Shown: positions 50,480-64,000 of the stretch, one piece after another
How the letters are laid out: every line of letters starts with the position of its first letter
Position numbering within the stretch: position 1 is the first letter of the stretch
DNA from: Octopus sinensis
Lineage: Eukaryota
Direction of reading: 5' to 3'
Length of the DNA stretch: 64,000 nt
Assembly (NCBI RefSeq): GCF_006345805.1
Contig: NC_043017.1
Coordinates: 24,862,001 to 24,926,000 of the forward strand
Made by a program: the position numbers and the translations under genes
The notes under the pieces: model-generated
What the model was told of the DNA's origin: nothing
Databases searched by the model: none
What the model saw: only the letters and a program-made list of their open reading frames with translations

Positions 50480-50762
50480 GCATTGAGAGGTTACAGCTCC
50501 AGTATTATGGACATGTTGTTAGAATCCCACAGGAAATGATTGCAAGACAGATTCTTGAAGCTAAGCCAACCGGCAAGAGAGCTAAAAGTAGACAAGAACG
50601 AGATGGTCAGTTAATGTCAATAATTTCAGTTTGGTCATGTTTAAGAAATCCAGCAGGGAAGTGTATTGATGATTGCTTCTGATAGGATCCTGTGGAAGAG
50701 GTAGCTGAGAATTCTACTCAGCCTCCTTGGAATAGCGGGTGGTTAGAAATGGATGGATGAAG
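50480..50762 (+). mobile_element. Degraded RTE LINE C-terminus
   Basis: RLQLQYYGHVVRIPQEMIARQILEAKPTGKRAKSR, ending in a short GGAT-repeat tail. Confidence 0.6.
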
Positions 50763-52202
50763 TCCTTACTTTCTGCCTGATTTCTAGTTTCAAATTTTGG
50801 CACAAGGCCAGCAATTTCAGAGGAGGGGTTAAGTCAATTACATCGAGCCCGTTGCTTAACTGGTACTTACTTTATTGAGCCCCCACCCCCTTGAAAGGAT
50901 GAAAGGCAAAGTCAATCTTGATGGAATTTGAACTCAGAATGTAAAGAGGAAAAAAGAAGAAAGCTACATCCATCAAAGACATGCAGATGTGGAACTGATC
51001 CATCCATTGTTCATTAATAATTCATAATTCATCTGACGAAGCACAATTTGAAGAAAAATACCTCCAACTTACTCTAAACTGACTCTCTATAAAGGAATTC
51101 TAAAGTATTCCATATGACTACATCTACATATATATACATGTGTATTCTTTTATTCTTTAATTTGTTTCAGTAATCTGACTGTGGTCATGCTGGAGCACCA
51201 CCTTAACGGGTTTTTTAGCCAAAGAAATCAACCCCAGGACTTAGCATTTTCCCCTGCATGCTAATGATTCTGCTGGCTCACTGCCTTTGCTACATAAAAA
51301 TATTGGTTTCAAATTCTGGCACAAAGCCAGCACTTTCAGGGGAAGGGTTAAGTTTATGACATCAACCCCATTGCTCAACTGATACTTAATTTATCGATCC
51401 CTAAAAGGATGAAAGGCAAATAAAGATGGACAAAATGCCGCTAAGCATTTTGCGTGGCGTGCTAATGATTCTTTTCTACTCTAGGCACAATGCCCAAAAT
51501 TTTTTGGGGAGGGGACCAGTCAATTGGATCGACTCCAGTATGCAACTGGTACTTAATTTATGAACCCCAAAAGGATGAAAAGCAAAGTCGACCTCGGTGG
51601 AATTTGAACTCAGAGCGTAAAGACAGACGAAATACCATAAGCATTTCACCCGGCATGCTAATTTTTCTGCCAGCTTGCCGCCTTTCTGGTTAATATTGTT
51701 GCCACTTAAGTTGAAATCTCTCTGAAGTCATCTTTGGCGGTCATCCTTCTGTGATTAGTAAGATAAAGTACCAGTCAAGTACGAAGAGTCAATACAATCA
51801 ACTATTTGAGACCTTGTACTTATGTTACTAATCAGTACTGTTATCCATCTCTCTCTTTTGAAACCCCAAAAATTATTTTTTTTCTTCTTTAGATTTAAAA
51901 GGAAAAATACGTATTTTTTTTCTCAAGCAACATTGATAAAATAATCCTGAAAATCATATATTTAGATTGATTTTGGCACAGCTGTATTTTTTTGTTGTTG
52001 AATTTTATGACTTCTGGCCTTTATTTATATATGTATATACATACATACATACACACACACACATATATATATATGGTGGGGGTACATAAATTCTAATTGC
52101 AATGTAGGCATTTATCAAAAGATGTACATATTCAGACTTTGAACTTTCGTGTAGATTTAAAATGTTGTTTGGAAATTATTCAATAAATATTTAATTAATC
52201 AC

Positions 52203-52289
<87 letters not shown>

Positions 52290-54433
52290 CACACACACAC
52301 GTGTGTGTGTGTGTATATTTTCTTTCTTTCTAGCTTTTGATTTGCTGGTTCGGTAACTCTTCAGAAATTCTTCTCAGTGCTCAGAACATGTACTTCATTC
52401 AGTTTTGTGTGCACTTGTTAATATTAACTGTTTAACTAATGACTGCTGTGTGGTAGAACAGTCTCCTTTCTCTTGGTGAATGGAAATAAAAAATAAATGA
52501 AATAAAGATTAAAAAGATAACAAAAAAAAAACAGTAGCAACTTGCACTTCAAAGCTTTTGTAAATCAACATCTTAACTATTTAGTCTGTGCATAATATGT
52601 TGTTATTATTAATGTTTGATGGGAGCAACAAGCGCAGTAACAACTTTTACTTGCATTCAAGAAAGAAAGAAAATCTATTTCTGTTTTCCATTTGTTTGTT
52701 TAGTGTAATCACAAGCTGCCAGAAAAATATTCTGAACACGGTCTTATATATTCAGCAGGGTGTTTTGCACAAAGTCCTCTCCTGAAGACCGTTATGTTTA
52801 TATTTCCATATTGACTTCTGAGTAAAATTAAAACATCGGGGTGGATTCCAGCATAGGTGAGTTTGGTCTTGAGGCAGTGCATCCCGATAGTGTGCACTGG
52901 TCTGGCTATGCATTGGTTCACTGGTATGAACAGAAGGCGACGAGCTGGCTGTTACGTTAGCACGTCAGGCGAAATGCTTAACGGTATTTCGTCTGCCGTT
53001 ACGTTGTGAGTTCAAATTCCGCCGAGGTTGACTTTACCTTTCATCCTTTCGGGGTCGATAAATTAAGTACCAGTTACGCACTGGGGTCAATAAAATCGAT
53101 TTAATACCTATGTCTGTCCTTGTTTGTCCCCTCTATGTTTAGTCCCTTCTGGGTAATAAAGAAATAGGTATGAACACGTCAGTCATGTAAGTGCAGGCAT
53201 GACTGTGAAGTGAAGGTAGTCATATTGTAATCGTGTGGTTCCAGGTTCAGTCTCACTGTGTGGACCTTGGGTGTCTTCTACTTCAGCTCCAGACTGACTA
53301 TCTTAGTGGATTTGGTTGATGGAAACACTGTGGAAGCCTGTCATACATGTGTGTGTGTGTATTTGTCCCTTGTATTTGTCCCTTCCTATCACTTGACTAC
53401 TGGGATCAATAAAATATGCACCAGTCAAGCGCTGGGATCAATGTGATCAACTTACTCCTTCCACCCCAATGTTGCTGGCCTTGTGCCAAAATTTGAAACC
53501 AACATACAATTAGCCAATGAAGGCTTGTGGGTTAGTGATTGGGGCATTAGGATCATGATTATGATGTTGCGGGTTCAGTCCTTGAATAGGTGACATGTCC
53601 TTATCACATGATAAATAATGTTGGTGTTTGTATGTGTGTGTGTTTGTAATTGTACCTTCCTATTACTGCTGTTGGTTTGCTTATGTCCCCATAACTTCGT
53701 GGTTTTGCAAATGAGAACAATATCTTAAGTACAAGGCATAAATAAGGAAAATAAGTATTCGTTCTGACTTAATCCTTGAAGGGAATTCCTCGGCATGGCT
53801 GCAGTCCAATGACTGAAGTAAGTAAGAGATATAAGTTAATTAATGACTGGTTGTACTGTTACTGTGTTTGATGACATAAAAGACACATGGCCATACTAGA
53901 CACACTCCAGTTTCAGCAGCACATGTTCAGGAACAACAGTTTTTAGTGCGTTAAAGCATGTAATGTCGGCCCAACTTTGCATATAAGATCCAGGATGATT
54001 TGTTATGAAAGTGTGTGTTTTGTATGCCATTATATATAGTAAGCGATCACTTTATATTTATATATATATGTGCATGTATATGTATATATATGCATGTATA
54101 TATATATATATGTGCATGTATATATATATATGTGCATGTATATATATATATATGCATGTATATATATATATATATATATGCATGTATATATATATGTGCA
54201 TGTATATATATCTGTGTGTGTGTGTGTGTGTTTCCCCCCCATCACTGCTTGACAGTCGGAATTGGTGTCTTTATGTCCCCGTAACTTAGTGGTTTGGCAA
54301 AAGACACTGACAGAATAAGTACCTGGGGTCGATTTGTTTGACTAAAACCCTTCAAGGCTACAGTCAAATGACTAAACAAGTCTAAGAATAAAAAAATAAG
54401 ATATATTGTTTGTCTGTCTCTTTGTCTCTCTCC

Positions 54434-54512
<79 letters not shown>

Positions 54513-54862
54513 GTATATGAGAGAGAGAGAGAGAGGAGACATATATACATGTACAGTTGCATAGTTATTTAAAACACAAGCGCACACACTACATTAACAT
54601 GCAGTTTATTTTGTAATAGTATTCTTCAAAGTGACAAGGAATGTCCTACATCTCTGACCTGATCATTGGCACCATTCCACTGCAGTGCAGTAATATAATA
54701 ATACACTTTACCAAATATTAAAGCTATAGAAAAATCTTTCAAATGGATATCATGATAAAGTTTTCTTTTTGTCCACCCCCACACGTACAGTTTCAGATTG
54801 TGACACTTGGCAAACTACCACTTTCAGATATGATTGTTTCTATGTGTCTATGTTTGTGTGTG

Positions 54863-54912
<50 letters not shown>

Positions 54913-57064
54913 TGCAGGCGTGGTAAGAAGCTTGCTTCTTACCACACAACCACGTGAGCTGGCAGAAATGTTAGCACACCATGCGAAATGCTTAGCGGTA
55001 TTTCGTCTGCCACTACGTTCTGAGTTCAAATTCCACCGAGGTCGACTTTGCCTTTCATCCTTTCGAGGTCGATAAATTAAATACCAGTCACACACTGGGG
55101 TCGATATAATTGACTTAATCTGTTTGTCTGTCCTTGTCTGTCTGTCCTCTCTGTGTTTAGTCCCTTGTGGGTAGTAAAGAAATAGGTATTTCGTCTGCCA
55201 TTATGTTCTGAGTTCAAATTCCGCTGAGGTCAACTTTGCCTTTCATCCTTTTGGGTTCGATAAATTAAGTACCAGTTATGCACTGGGGTCGATGTAATCG
55301 ATTTAACCCCTTTGTCTGTCCTTGTTTGTCCCCTCTATGTTTAACCCCTTGTGGGCAATAAAGAAATAAGAAGCTTGCTTCCCAATCACATGATTCCAGG
55401 TTTAGTCCCACTGCACATAGCCTTGGGAAAGTATCTTCTATAGTCCCAAGTTGTCCAATTCCTTCTGATAGAATTTGGTAGATCGAAACTGTGAGAAACC
55501 CATTATGTATGTATATATGTGTGTATGTCTGTGCCAACATTTGAAACCTATATAGGTGTGGCTGTGTGGTAAGAAACTTGCTTCTCAACCACCTGCTTTT
55601 GGGTTCAGTCCCACTGCATGGCATCCTGGGCAAGTGTCTTCTTCTATAGCTTCAGGTTGACCAAAGCCTTGTGAGTGCATTTGGTATGGAAACTGAAAGA
55701 AGCCTGTCATACAAACACACGTGTGTGTGTGTATTTATGTGTATGTTTTTGTGACTGTATGCCCCTCCCACCATTGCTTGACAATCGATGTTGATGTGTT
55801 TATGTCTCCGTAACTTAGTGGTTTGGCAAAAGAGACTGATAGAATAAATATTAGTTTACATAGAATAAGTCCTGGGGTTGATTTCTTTGTCTAAACAACC
55901 CTTGAAGGTGGTGCTCCAGCATGGCCACAGTCAGATTACTGAAACAAATTAAAGAATAAAAGAATACACATGTATATATAGGTATGTTCTTAGAATGTGT
56001 GTGTATACACACACACATATATATATGTATATATAGTCATATGGAATACTTTAGAATTCCTTTATAGAGAGTCAATTTAGAGTAACTTGAAGGTATTTTT
56101 CTCCAAATTGTGCTTCGTCAGATGAATTATGAATTATTAATGAACAATGGATGGATCCGTTCCACATCTGCATGTCTTTGATGGATGTAGCTTTCTTCTT
56201 TTATTCTGTTTTTACTTTTTGCTCTCTCATCTCATAAACAATAGAACTTTCTGCAACCAGCCAAACCTAATCTGTCATTTATATATGGTGCTAAATATTC
56301 TGATAGATGCAGTGCTGTTATTAGGAGCAGATAACAAAAACTTATGAGAGAGAGAGAGAGAGAGTGGTAGTGGTGGTGGTGGTGGAGTTGCTTAATTTTT
56401 TTTGGCAGTGTAATATAGCAAGAAATTGCACTCTGTGGAATGAAATATTATCATGATAAATTCTTAGCTCATTGTTCATTGAGGTGGAATCTTCCTGTGC
56501 TTCTCAAAATTCTGTACTCGAGCAGGTATGATCTAGTTTATCCATTAGATAACTTTTAGCATCTTAGCTTCCTTAGCTTGTTTACTTTGAAAGCTATGAG
56601 TAATATATTCATACACACACACACACATATATATAAAATCATTTCCTGCTATCTTCACTTGTGGCAGAATATGCACTAACATGAGATATCTGTCTCGATA
56701 GTATGAATTTATGTTAGTGGACGTACTTCACATTAGTTTCATCAGCTATACTGTTCTGTGCTGGGTGCTTTTTATGTGCCACTGGCATAGGTGCATTTAT
56801 GCAATATCGGCTTGGGTGCTTTTTAAGTAGCACTGGCACTTGAAAGGACCTGTGTGTGTGGAAGACAAGATATATGCCACAGATGTAGCTTTGTAATGGA
56901 TTTGGTAGACGGAAACAGAATGAAGACTGTGTGTTTGTGTTTGTTCCAACCACCACCACCACCACCACCACCATCACTGGTTGACAACCAGTGTTGGTGT
57001 GTTTACATCCATGTAACTTAGCAGTTTGGTATAAGTTTGAATAAGTAATGGGCTTTAAAAAAAA

Positions 57065-57410
57065 TTGGCTGTTGCCAGTGCCGCCCCGACTGGCCTCCGT
57101 GCCGGTGGCACGTAAAATGCACCATCCGATTGTGGCCATTGCCAGCCTCATCTGGCCCCGTGCTGGTGGCACGTAAAAAGCACCATCCGATCGTGGCCGT
57201 TGCCAGCCTTGCCTGGCACCTGTGCAGGTGGCACGTAAAAAGCACCCACTACACTCACAGAATGGTTGGCGTTAGGAAGGGCATCCAGCTGTAGAAACAC
57301 TGCCAGATCAGACTGGGCCTGGCGCAGCCTTCTGGCTTCCCAGACCCCAGTTGAACCGTCCAACCCATGCTAGCATGGAAAACGGACGTTAAACGATGAT
57401 GATGATGTAG
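57065..57410 (+). mobile_element. RTE 3' UTR copy (further copies at about 3835-4035, 21545-21712, 34103-34330 and 35512-35800)
   Basis: Near-identical to 7802-8224, including the internal tandem units. Confidence 0.85.
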
Positions 57411-57955
57411 TGGTGTTAGTTCATTCAGTAAAATGATGCACCTCAAAAATGTAGCATACATAATCATGACCAGACACCTCCTCAGACAAATGTATATAAA
57501 TGAAAGGGTGCTGGAAAGCTCCTGGCTTTAAGGATATCTCAAAAAGCCTGGCTGGAGGCGCCACCTTCCAAGTTCATTTACAGGACTTAGAAAAACTGAT
57601 GGGTCCTTGCAATAAGTATGTGAATCTGAGAGGGGAATATGTTGACTAAAATCATAAGCCATCATTTACCGTTCACTTTTTCCATACTCGCATGGGTCAG
57701 ACAAAATTTGATAAGGCAGATTTTCTACAGCTAGATGCCTTTCCTATTGCCAACCCTCGTTTATTTCCAAGTAAAGCAACATTTCCTGATTGCCAGACAT
57801 GTGTTTTCATGGAAGACTGAAAATAAGCAGTACTACCTTGTTTAATGGTGATACTCATCTACAGCCATCACATGATGTCAAAAGGTACACACACATAACT
57901 GTATGAAGCTCCAGCATGACCACAGCCACTTGGCGGAAACAAATGCAGAAATAAA

Positions 57956-57988
<33 letters not shown>

Positions 57989-59257
57989 ATGTGTGCGCTG
58001 GTGAGGTAGTTAAGTGATGGTAGTTCCAGTGATGTGATTTTGGATTCAATCTCACTGTTTACACCATTCCGTTTATGTTCTGCTTCACCATTTCATCTCA
58101 TGGGGTCAATAAAATAAACATCAGACAAAGCACTGGGGAAGGAAGAGGGAAGTCACTGTAATCAACTAAAACCTTTGAAGGCAGTGCCCCAGCATGGCCA
58201 TAGTCAAATGACTGAAACCTGTAAAACAAGGAAAAAAAAAAATTGCATTTTATATGGAATTTTTTTTTGTTTTTTATTTTCCATAGATTTGTAATTTTTT
58301 TTTTCCTTCTTAAAATGAAATATTTGCATTGATTTTTTTTGAACAAGGAATTTTTATAGACATGAAATGAAGGCGGTACTTATCTAACTTCCATAAATAG
58401 TTTACTGTTCCAACAGCTGCCTGAGGTTGCCAGCAGACTGTCAGTCTATTTATAAGTTAGAAACTGTCTTTTGATCTTTGTATTCTAATTATAAATGCTA
58501 ACAAAATTTTTTTTAAAAATTTAACGATGCATAGATTACATTCAGCCTATATTGTGTCACCGGTGTCGATTGTAGCATGTTGATGATAGAACAGTTTGTA
58601 GTTTTAGAAGTTCAGTTTGCATTGTTAAAAATCTCTCGATGGTTGTTCTGTATCACAAGGTCCATGACAATAAGGCCTCTCCCTCCCACACTTCTTATGG
58701 ATTACCCTTTTTACTATAAGCACAGGGCTTGAAATATTGGGAGAAGGTTCTCAACTGGTACTTATTTTTAATCAACACTGAAAGAGATTAAGGGCAAAGG
58801 TCTACCTTGGCAGAATTTGAACTCAGAACGTACAGATGGATGAAATGCCGCTAAGCATTTTGCCTGGTGTGCTAATGATTCTGCTAGTTTGCCTCTAATA
58901 AATATGAGTGGCTGTGTGTGTTAAGAGGTTTATTTTTCCAATCACATGATTCCAGGTTCAATCCTACCTTTGGAAAGTGTCTTCTACTATAGCCCTGGGC
59001 CAGCCAAAATCTTGAGTGTGGACTTGATAGACAGAAACTGAATGAAACCCAGAATGTATGTATGTATGTATCTGTGTGTGCGTCCGTCCATCCATCCATC
59101 CATCCAAATTTAAAGAGTGGAGTAGGTAAAATTCAGGCTACATAGGTTTCTTAGCTAGCAGAACCTCGTAAATAGTCATTTTTTATACCTTCTATGGACT
59201 GCTTGAAGCTTACTAACTTCCTACACCTGGATCCTTGAATCTTACCGTTACATATAA

Positions 59258-59298
<41 letters not shown>

Positions 59299-59310
59299 TA
59301 TGTATATATA

Positions 59311-59353
<43 letters not shown>

Positions 59354-59471
59354 GTGTGTGTGTGTGTGTGTGTGGTGTATATTACTTGTATTTCAAAGGG
59401 CCAGTCTTGTTGCAATCTGTGTCCTGCTGAATCTTCCTGAGTACTACATTAAAGGTACAAGGGTACACATG

Positions 59472-59703
59472 AAGGCGGCAAGCTGGCAGAATCGTTAGCA
59501 GGCCGGGTGAAATGCTTAGCGGTATTTCGTCTGCTGCTACGTTCTGAGTTCAAATTCCACCAAGGTCGACTTTGCCTTTCATCCTTTCAGGGTCGATTAA
59601 ATAAGTACCAGTTATGCACTGGGGTCGATATAATCGACTTAATCCGTTTGTCTGTCCTTGTTTCTCCTCTCTGTGTTTAGCCCCTTGTGGGTAGTAAAGA
59701 AAT
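59472..59703 (+). mobile_element. OR2-type SINE inserted into an older SINE tail, with a 19-bp TSD
   Basis: AGGTACAAGGGTACACATG occurs at 59453-59471 and 59704-59722. Confidence 0.85.
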
Positions 59704-62528
59704 AGGTACAAGGGTACACATGTTTGTGGAGTGCTCAGCCACTAGCATGTTAATTTCATGAGCGGGCTGTTCCATTGATCAGATCAACTGAAACCCATCG
59801 CTGTAACTGACAGATTGCCAGTCTACATTTGGCAGGGATCTGAATACTAAAGCATTGTATTACTGTAAGGAAGGGACTGAAATAGGGGTTGTAAATAAAG
59901 AAGACGAAGAAAATAGTCACTCCTATGACTGTTAGAAATCCATATGGAATGTATAACAATGCGTCAAGAGTGTGCAGCAGAAATCTCTTGCAAGACATGA
60001 ATCATGATTGGACTGGCAACAACTGCATATCTCTTGGGTCACAGGTTATGATGACACAACGATAATTCCATCATTGATTCCTGCTATATGTTCCATCACT
60101 GCTGACAATAGCTGTTGCTCTTTCACTGGATTCGTTGGCATGTCATTCAAATGTATTGTCATTCTTTCACTGGTGGGGGGGGGGGGTCGGTCATCAGACT
60201 GTGGCCATACTGGAGCATCGCTTTCAAGTGCTTAGTCAATAATATCAACCCCACCAAGCAGCTTCAGTCTGCCAATTATTTTATCAATCTCTATTTGTTA
60301 ATTGCTAGGTTACAGGACAAAGGGACACGACATAAACACACACACACACACAACACCCCTCCTTTTATCTTTTATTTGTTAGTCATTGGAATGCAACAAT
60401 GTTGGAGCATTGTTTTGAAAGGTTTAGTCAAACAAATCACCCCTAGTACTCTTCGTTTTTTGTTAAGTCTAGTACTTACTCTTTAGGTTTCTTACGTCAA
60501 ACTGCTTAGTTATGGGGATATAAACAAACCAACATTGCTTGCCAAGTGGTGTGGGGCACACACACACACACACAGAGTTACCATATACTTTGTGTACCAA
60601 ACTCACTCAGAAGTCATTGATCAACCTGGAGCTGGCAGAATCAATAGCACGCTGGACGAAACGCTCTGTTCCGAGTTCACATTCCACCGAGGTTGACTTT
60701 GCCTTTTATCCTTTTGCGGTTGATAAAATAAGTACCAGTTGAAGACAGGAGTCAATGTAATCAACTCACCCCCTCCCTCAAAATTACTGCCCTTGTGGCA
60801 AAATTTGAAACCATTATTATCATTATTATTATTTCCTTTCTACTACAGGCACAAGACCTGAAATTTGGGGGAGGGGGACTAGTCGATTAGATCGACCCCA
60901 GTACTCAACTGGTACTTAATTTATCGACCCCGAAGGATGAAAGGCAAAGTCAACCCTGGCAAAATTTGAACTCAGAACGTAGCAACAGGAAAAATACCTA
61001 TTTCTATTTCTTTACTACCCACAAAAGTGAGGACAAACAAGGACAGACAAACGGATTAAGTCGATTATATCGACCCCAGTGTGTAACTGGTACTTATTTA
61101 ATCTACCCCAAAACGATGAAAGGCAAAGTCGACCTCGGTGGAATTTGAACTCAGAACGTAGCGGCAGACGAAATGCCGCTAAGAATTTCGCCCAGCATGC
61201 TAACGTTCCTGCCAGCTCGCCGCCTTATATTATTTGCTACTGTGATTACACTGAGCAGTCTAGTCATTCCATAATCTTCCTTTTCATGTGAAAAGAGCAA
61301 ATAACTTCTCACAATTAAGATTTGCTACTGCCACTGCTTCTCCCACCATATTATTTGCCTTATTCAAATACAAATAAATATAAGGTGGCGGTAGCAGAGG
61401 AAATACTCCAGTGACTGTATTGTATATATATGTGTATGAGTAGGCATTTGTACTACAAAAGGTTGACACAATTTTTAGATGCAAGATAAAAACAGAAACA
61501 AAAGCAACTTTCTGTTGAGTTAGTAGTTAACTATTTGGTTAAACGATTATCTGTACTGTAATCTGTTACAGTCTGTCTAACTAGAGCTGATTAATGACTA
61601 TGGAACAATGTTTTGGTTATAAAACATATCTTGAATTTCGTTTTTATTATCTTATGATAGGCATTAGGGCACTATGACAAAAAAAAGACAAGCAATAAAA
61701 CGAATGAGAAAGGCTGAACTGTAGTAGCTTCCTGGTACGTGTGTTCTACATTTATTACAGGATTTGGGCTGAGGATTAGCATTTTGAACAAGTGTCTTCT
61801 ACACGAGCCTTGGATTGGTTGCTGTGTAGGAGCCTGACTAATACTTTTATTGTTTTACTGGCTTCAGTCATTTGACTGTGGCCATGTTAGAGCACCGCCT
61901 TTAGTCGAACAAATCGACCCAAGGACTTATTCTTTGTAAGCCTAGTACTTATTCTACCGGTCTCTTTTGCTGAACTGCAAAGTAACAAGAATGTAAACAC
62001 ACCAACATTGGTTGTCAAGCGATTGTAGGAGGGCAAACACAGACACAAACATATACATACATACACGATGGGCTTCTTTCAGTTTCTGTCTACCAAATCC
62101 ACTCACAAGGCTATGGTCAGCCTGAGGCTATAGTAGAAGACACTTGCCCAAGGTGCCACCCAGAACCATGTGGTTGGTAAGCAAGCTATTTACCACACAG
62201 CCACTACTGCACCTATAGGAGTGAACTTGTACTTTTCATTATTTGTTTTGCAGGGTGTACATTTAATATAATCATGTGGCCCTTGTGTGTCTTTCACATA
62301 ACCTTATGGCCCCTAAGTGCTTTTAACAGTGTGCACATTCTTTTTTTGTCAGGGCAGGAGACCTAATTTGTTGGCTGATTTCATGCTATCAGCTGCGAGT
62401 ATGGTTGTTGGTTAAGAAGTTTTCTTCTCAACCTCATGGTTTAGGATTTCTTCCTTCTGCTTAATAACTTAGGCAAGTGTCTTTTACTATGGCCTTGGGT
62501 TGACCACTATGTAGAAGCTTGTCTAAGG

Positions 62529-62747
62529 CAGTGCTTTTCAAACTTTTTGCTGGAGCGGAACTCCAAGGAAACATTCCACTGGCTCGAGGAACCCCTGTGC
62601 AATAATTTAATAGTATTATGCACACATATCTGCACAGGAGAATTAAAAATTACTGCTGATTTTAGCAGTTTTGTAACTTCTTGCGGAACCCCAGGACTGT
62701 ACTGGCGGAACCCTAAGGTTCCGTGGAACCCTGGTTGAAAACCACTG
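62529..62747. mobile_element. hAT-type MITE with an 8-bp TSD
   Basis: GTCTAAGG-CAGTGCTTTTCAA...TTGAAAACCACTG-GTCTAAGG. Confidence 0.88.
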
Positions 62748-64000
62748 GTCTAAGGGAACGTTTTGTTTATGGGTAGTAGACTTTCTGTTGCTTGAGTTAA
62801 CATCACTACATGGTTCTTGTGTACCTTTCATACATTCATATGACCCCGTGTGCCTTTAATACAACCATGTGGCCCTTGTGTATCTTTCATACAGCATTAT
62901 GTCCCTTAAGTTCGTTTAGCAGCATGCACTTTATTGCAAGCATTCAGAACAGGTGTCTGAATTGAGCATAATTTCCTTTTTCATCTCTCACCAGTGCAAG
63001 AAGCCCTGGAAAGGTTATGGGTGTGGCTTTCTGTCTAAAATGTAATAATGCTATCTTCGTTAATTATACAGTACCTTTATGCAAATTGCAGCAGGAGACA
63101 GTACCACTCAACCTGTGGACTCTATTTGCAGCTGGTTATTATGTACGGACTGTTGAGTTAAGTCTGTTTGCAAGGGACACAAAGTATTGACAAAATACGA
63201 ACTGTTGATGCAATGGTTGTTAAAATTAGTCACGCTATTAATCCTCCAGCTTTGATATTGCTGTTAATGGAATAGGATCTTCTTGTACTTGATTCACCCC
63301 CATTATCTTGACTAGTTAGCCAACTTTATTTGTCAAAGCAGTATAAGAAGTACCTATGCAGCTGTCCAACCTTTTCAGTGTAGCAGTGAAATCATCCCCA
63401 TGGCAGTTTCCCCTCCCTCCACAAATAACTTCAGGATATAATTTGGGAGACCAGTTTTCAAATCTTAATTCTTATTGCATCATCTTCAGGAAATGTATTT
63501 GGTCCTCTGTAAATTATACTGAATTTTATTTCTTGTATCGTATAGGTTTCCTTTAAGCAAAGGTGACCAAAGTCACTCAAAAACTGCACAGAAAAAAAAA
63601 AGTGTACAAAAGAAAATTCCAAATGTTAACGATAAAATTTTCATAGTTCCGTCTATTTTACAATTCAAAATTAGTACATTGTCACCTTGTCATACTTTCA
63701 ACAGTTATGTCCTATGTTTCATCATCTTAATTGCCATGTCTCCAGTGTGTTTGAATAGATCTGATTACATATGTACATAATTAGCCGTTGGAATGTGCAA
63801 AAAGTCAAGGATATGCAACCTGTAGATGGATGCATAGAGGCATTACTGTAATACTGTCTTCCTTCATCAGGAGGGAAAACTGGCAGATGTGTATACACAG
63901 GGCTTCCATACAGTTTTTGCCTGCCAAATTCACTCAAGGGATTGATCAACTCAGGGTTATAGTAGAAAACACTTCTCCAAAATGCCTTACAGTGGGACTG

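Noticed and set aside
59756-60235. Hydrophobic 80-aa minus-strand ORF and neighbouring plus-strand ORF in unique-looking sequence
   Set aside because: An in-frame stop lies two codons upstream, one end runs into a SINE tail, there are no convincing splice sites and no recognisable family; it is not ZDHHC exon 2.

Overview
AT-rich, repeat-dense eukaryotic DNA, almost certainly from an octopus. This is inferred from the tRNA-derived OR1/OR2-type SINEs, the [16 protein letters not shown]-type C2H2 array and the long (TA)n/(CA)n tracts. Two host genes point away from each other. (1) A C2H2 zinc-finger gene on the minus strand has a single coding exon (9154-10605, 16 fingers). Its reading frame ends at a Cys-to-TGA nonsense codon and is followed by about 3 kb of decayed, TE-interrupted fossil fingers. 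(2) The first coding exon of a ZDHHC9/14/18-type palmitoyltransferase lies on the plus strand (29915-30216). I found no second exon for it in the remaining 33.8 kb. The rest is TE debris: RTE, CR1/L2-like and L1/Tx1 LINE ends, a Penelope GIY-YIG remnant, pogo and DD37D Tc1/mariner remnants, piggyBac-, hAT-, mariner- and Merlin-like MITEs, and dozens of SINEs. The most notable items are these. (a) Minimal type-I hammerhead ribozyme motifs from four different repeat families. One of these is a 646-bp TSD-flanked palindromic insertion built from a 347-nt hammerhead-containing monomer (retrozyme or Penelope pLTR-like), and another family has a non-canonical CUGUWGA core. (b) A U6 snRNA copy fused to the 3' tail of the RTE LINE. 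(c) The fossil zinc-finger tail with an inverted RTE pair next to the stop codon. (d) Several unexplained long hairpins and a structured 135-bp tandem repeat. All structural calls were made by eye; no searches or folding programs were run.
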